Part shown: piece by piece, positions 62,048 to 64,000 of the stretch | Numbering within the stretch: position 1 is the first letter of the stretch | Layout: each line of letters opens with the position of its first letter | Source: Octopus vulgaris | Taxonomy: Eukaryota | Length of the DNA: 64,000 nt | Assembly (NCBI GenBank): GCA_951406725.2 | Contig: OX597816.1 | Span: forward strand, 82,274,001 to 82,338,000 | Reading direction: 5' to 3' | Notes under the pieces: model-generated | Seen by the model: the letters and a program-made list of their open reading frames with translations, nothing else | What the model was told of the DNA's origin: nothing | The model's database searches: none | Position numbers and translations under genes: made by a program

Positions 62048-62735
62048 ATGGTTTCTAATTTAGGTACAAGGCCAGCAATTAATTTTGAGAAGAGAGGAAT
62101 AGTCAATACCATCAACTCAGTAATTGGCCTGTATAATATTTTATTGATCCAAGGGATGAATAGCAAAGTTGACCTTACTAGGCTTTGAACTCACAATGTA
62201 AAGAACCAGAACAAATATTACAAAGTATTTTTTCCAACATCAATGATTCTGCCAATTCACTAGTTGAAAAAATGATTTCTGATTTTGTCACAAAGGCCAT
62301 TATTTTTGAAAAGAGGAGTTAGTTGATGATATCAGCCCAGTACTTGACTGGCACTTTTTATGGATTCTGAAAAGAGGCCAGACAAAATTAATCTAGGTGA
62401 GATTTGAACTTAGAATGTAAAGAACCAGAAGAAATTTGGCAAGGCATTTTTCATTGCTCAAATGATTCTGCCGAATTTAGTGCCTAATAATAACTGTTTC
62501 TCACATAGGCACAATGTGTGACATAAAAAAACCCCAAAATATATAGATAAAATAAAGTAGGGTTATTAAATTGGCCCAATACTGGACTGGTGCTTTACAT
62601 TTTTGACCCTGAAAGAGTGAAAAGCAAAGTTGATCTAGGTTGGATTGAAAGCAGAATGTAAGGATCCATAGCTAAATACTGCAAAGCATTCTGCCTTAAG
62701 TTCTAATGATTTTGCCAATCTATTGCCCTTATGAT
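62048..62735 (-). mobile_element. Three head-to-tail diverged copies of a ~220-bp tRNA-derived SINE
   Basis: Recurrent ggcacaagg / gatgaa.agcaaagttgac / tttgaactca.aatgtaaag / aatgattctgcc blocks; a single copy at 60535-60752. Confidence 0.7.
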
Positions 62736-63039
62736 AATAATAATGATGGTGGTGGTGGTTTTTAACTGAGGCACTAAACCAAACATTTCTTTTGAAGTGT
62801 ATATCACATACAGAGGTTTGATAAGTGACTTGAAATGAAGCTATAGACCTTTGAGTCATTTATGCAGCTGTCACATGCATTGGATGTAGAAAAGTTATTG
62901 ACAGCCAGTGCATTATTCCATATAATATATGGTTACTACAAAGATATGAAGCACATATTCATGAAGAGTGGTGTGTCTCAATTAAGGAAGTAAAATATCA
63001 ATACATTTATATCTTCAAGAGAATAATTTTAACAATGTG

Positions 63040-63510
63040 CAATGACTGCCTTAGCCGCATAAAAATGAAGAAATTAACAAATTAAACAGTGAAATGATGA
63101 AAAAACTTCCAGGAGAGACTTCTGTAAATGTTAACAATGTTACTAATGACAAGTTGTTTGTATCCACCAGAATTTATTAATTCTCTTAATGTTAGAGATG
63201 TATTCCTTCACTTTAGTTAAAGAAATTGAAGCTCCAATAATATTGAAAAACCTTAATCACAGAAACAGCCAATGCAAAACTACACATTATAGACTTTCAT
63301 CAACAAATGACACTTAAATACAAGTAAAATAACTGGTGATGATGCAGAATGTACTTTTACAGACTTGCCATTTACTTTAAGAAGACATACATCAATTCCC
63401 TATCAGAAATGCATTTATCATGTCATGGGTAAAGCATATTAAAATGTAGCAATTATTTTCTTAAACCAGTGTCCACACATTATCAGCTGTATGCTACAAT
63501 CTGCAGCATA
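63040..63510 (+). pseudogene. Decayed Helitron PIF1-like helicase fragment
   Basis: Fragmentary translation KKLPGE / YPPEFINSLN / APIILKNLN / DLPFTLRR / QFPIRNAF / PVSTHYQLYA follows the Helitron helicase motif order. Confidence 0.72.
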
Positions 63511-64000
63511 AAATTGACAATCTTTGCAAATCAAAATTAATTTACTACATCAAAAGAACATTGCAAACATCCCAGTGATGAAGTATATAGAAACAGCAAA
63601 AAGTTATAAGTAACATGTATTTTGTTTTTATTTCCAATTTGTGTTATAATCAATGCTGTTCAGTTCCAGGTCAGTCATGATTTTGATTTAGCAAACTAAT
63701 ATTCAAAGACATTCCATCAATGACTACTGCCTCATCTTTCTTCCAGGTTGGCACATCCAGGACTATACTGACATCCAATGTGTTTTTCTTTCTTTAAAAT
63801 AGGTGTGGTAGGAGTGATTTGGCTGCTATGTCTAGCAGGACCAGCTACAGTATAGAAGTTGTTTGTTCAAGAAATGTGCACATATACACAAGCATACTTA
63901 TGCATGTAAATAAATACATATTTAGAAAATTACTGGGACAATGTCTCTTTCAAAAATTTCAGTAGTTTAAAAAATTTAACCTTGCTATACTCATGTTAAT

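Overview
Eukaryotic, AT-rich, repeat-laden genomic DNA. The SINE/RTE repeat families look like those I recall from Octopus (not verified here). The whole window is the interior of one minus-strand gene, a PP2A B56/B' regulatory subunit of the widerborst/PPP2R5A-B-E type. Six small exons with canonical GT-AG sites and matching phases lie at 61819-61949, 34703-34762, 9067-9175, 6733-6786, 1783-1833 and 1674-1724. The last two are a tandem-duplicated 51-nt exon pair separated by only 58 nt, the hallmark of mutually exclusive splicing and the best biological finding here. The introns hold tRNA-derived SINEs, RTE, Tx1/L1 and CR1-group LINE remnants, a DD37D Tc1/mariner relic, Helitron and piggyBac-type non-autonomous elements. 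There is also a ~13.8-kb palindrome of two young, inverted CR1-group LINE copies embedded in kilobase (TA)n tracts next to a 100-N assembly gap. That LINE shares its 3' tail with the local SINE family. Most ORFs in the supplied track are spurious.
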